From contig NW_027266270.1 of assembly GCF_022045235.1 (NCBI RefSeq), positions 36,704,001 through 36,768,000 on the forward strand: a DNA stretch of 64,000 nucleotides, read 5' to 3'. This document shows positions 62,907 to 64,000 of the stretch, piece after piece; position 1 is the first letter of the stretch, and each line of letters opens with the position of its first letter. The translations under genes and the position numbers were made by a program. The DNA comes from Haliotis cracherodii. Taxonomy: Eukaryota. The notes below the pieces were generated by a model. That model had not been told where the DNA came from, made no database searches, and worked only from the letters and a program-made list of their open reading frames with translations.

Positions 62907-64000
62907 TTCATGTCACCTACAGGTGCTTGTCCCCGACCTGCACTAACACCCTGTCATGTCGCCTACAGGTGCTTGTTCCCGACCTGCAATAATACCGTTT
63001 CATGTCGCCTGCAGGTGCTTGTCCCCGACCTGCACTAAAACCCTGTCATGTCGCCTACAGGTGCTTGTCCCCGACCTGCTCTAACACTCTGTCATGTTGC
63101 CTACAGGTGCTTGTCCCCGACCTGCGCTAACACCCTGTCATGTCGCCTACAGGTGCTTGTCCCCGACCTATTCTAACACCCTGTCATGTCGCCTACAGGT
63201 GCTTGTCCCCGACCTGCACTAACACCCTGTCATGTCGCCTACAGGTGCTTGTCCCCGACCTGCACCTGCTCTAACACCCTGTCATGTCGCCTACAGGTGC
63301 TTGTCCCCGACCTGCACTAAAACCCTGTCATGTCGCCTACAGGTGCTTGTCCCCGACCTGCACTAAAACCCTTTCATGTCGCCTACAGGTGCTTGTCCCC
63401 GACCTGCTCTAACACCCTGTCATGTCGCCTACAGGTGCTTGTCCCCGACCTGCACTAACACCCTGTCATGTCGCCTACAGGTGCTTGTCCCCGACCTGCA
63501 CCTGCTCTAACACCCTGTCATGTCGCCTACAGGTGCTTGTTCCCGACCTGCAATAACACCCTGTCATGTCGCCTACAGGTGCTTGTCCCCGACCTGCTCT
63601 AACACCCTGTCATGTCGCCTACAGGTGCTTGTCCCCGACCTGCGCTAACCTTGTCCCCGACCTGCACCTGCTCTAACACCCTGTCATGTCGCCTACAGGT
63701 GCTTGTCCCCGACCTGCACTAAAACCCTGTCATGTCGCCTACAGGTGCTTGTCCCCGACCTGCACTAAAACCCTTTCATGTCGCCTACAGGTGCTTGTCC
63801 CCGACCTGCTCTAACACCCTGTCATGTCGCCTACAGGTGCTTGTCCCCGACCTGCACTAACACCCTGTCATGTCGCCTACAGGTGCTTGTCCCCGACCTG
63901 CACCTGCTCTAACACCCTGTCATGTCGCCTACAGGTGCTTGTTCCCGACCTGCAATAACACCCTGTCATGTCGCCTACAGGTGCTTGTCCCCGACCTGCT
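62907..64000 (+). repeat. 46-bp minisatellite (about 23 copies, runs off the window) with branch-point and acceptor-like content
   Basis: Unit AACACCCTGTCATGTCGCCTACAG|GTGCTTGTCCCCGACCTGCACT; CTAAC forms across unit junctions about 22 nt upstream of each CAG. Confidence 0.93.

Overview
AT-rich, repeat-dense animal genomic DNA. It is probably a mollusc and possibly an abalone-like gastropod; this is inferred from the SINE/HINE repertoire and not verified. Two conserved host genes sit head-to-head. (1) TTLL1 (tubulin polyglutamylase) is on the minus strand. Five coding exons were reconstructed by hand (4664-4552, 3314-3249, 2343-2201, 1971-1867, 811-736), the gene runs off the left edge, and a probable non-coding first exon lies near 32.2 kb. 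(2) A complete 7-exon TMEM41B/Stasimon gene is on the plus strand (32454-48589, 317 aa) and retains a minor-spliceosome (U12) intron. The region between them holds a very young, ORF-intact BEL/Pao LTR retrotransposon (10394-18338, 5-bp TSD) with asymmetric LTRs and a captured old SINE. It also holds a Kolobok-type non-autonomous element, nested hAT/pogo MITEs, a Helentron-type HINE and several minisatellites. Downstream of TMEM41B is a decayed Polinton/adintovirus-like fragment. The most striking signal is a set of minisatellites built from, or abutting, splice sites. The clearest case is 14 tandem copies of the 3' splice site plus first 35 nt of a TTLL1 exon: only the last copy is productive and nearly all upstream copies read straight into an in-frame TAG. 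A second array of branch point plus acceptor units runs off the right edge of the window.
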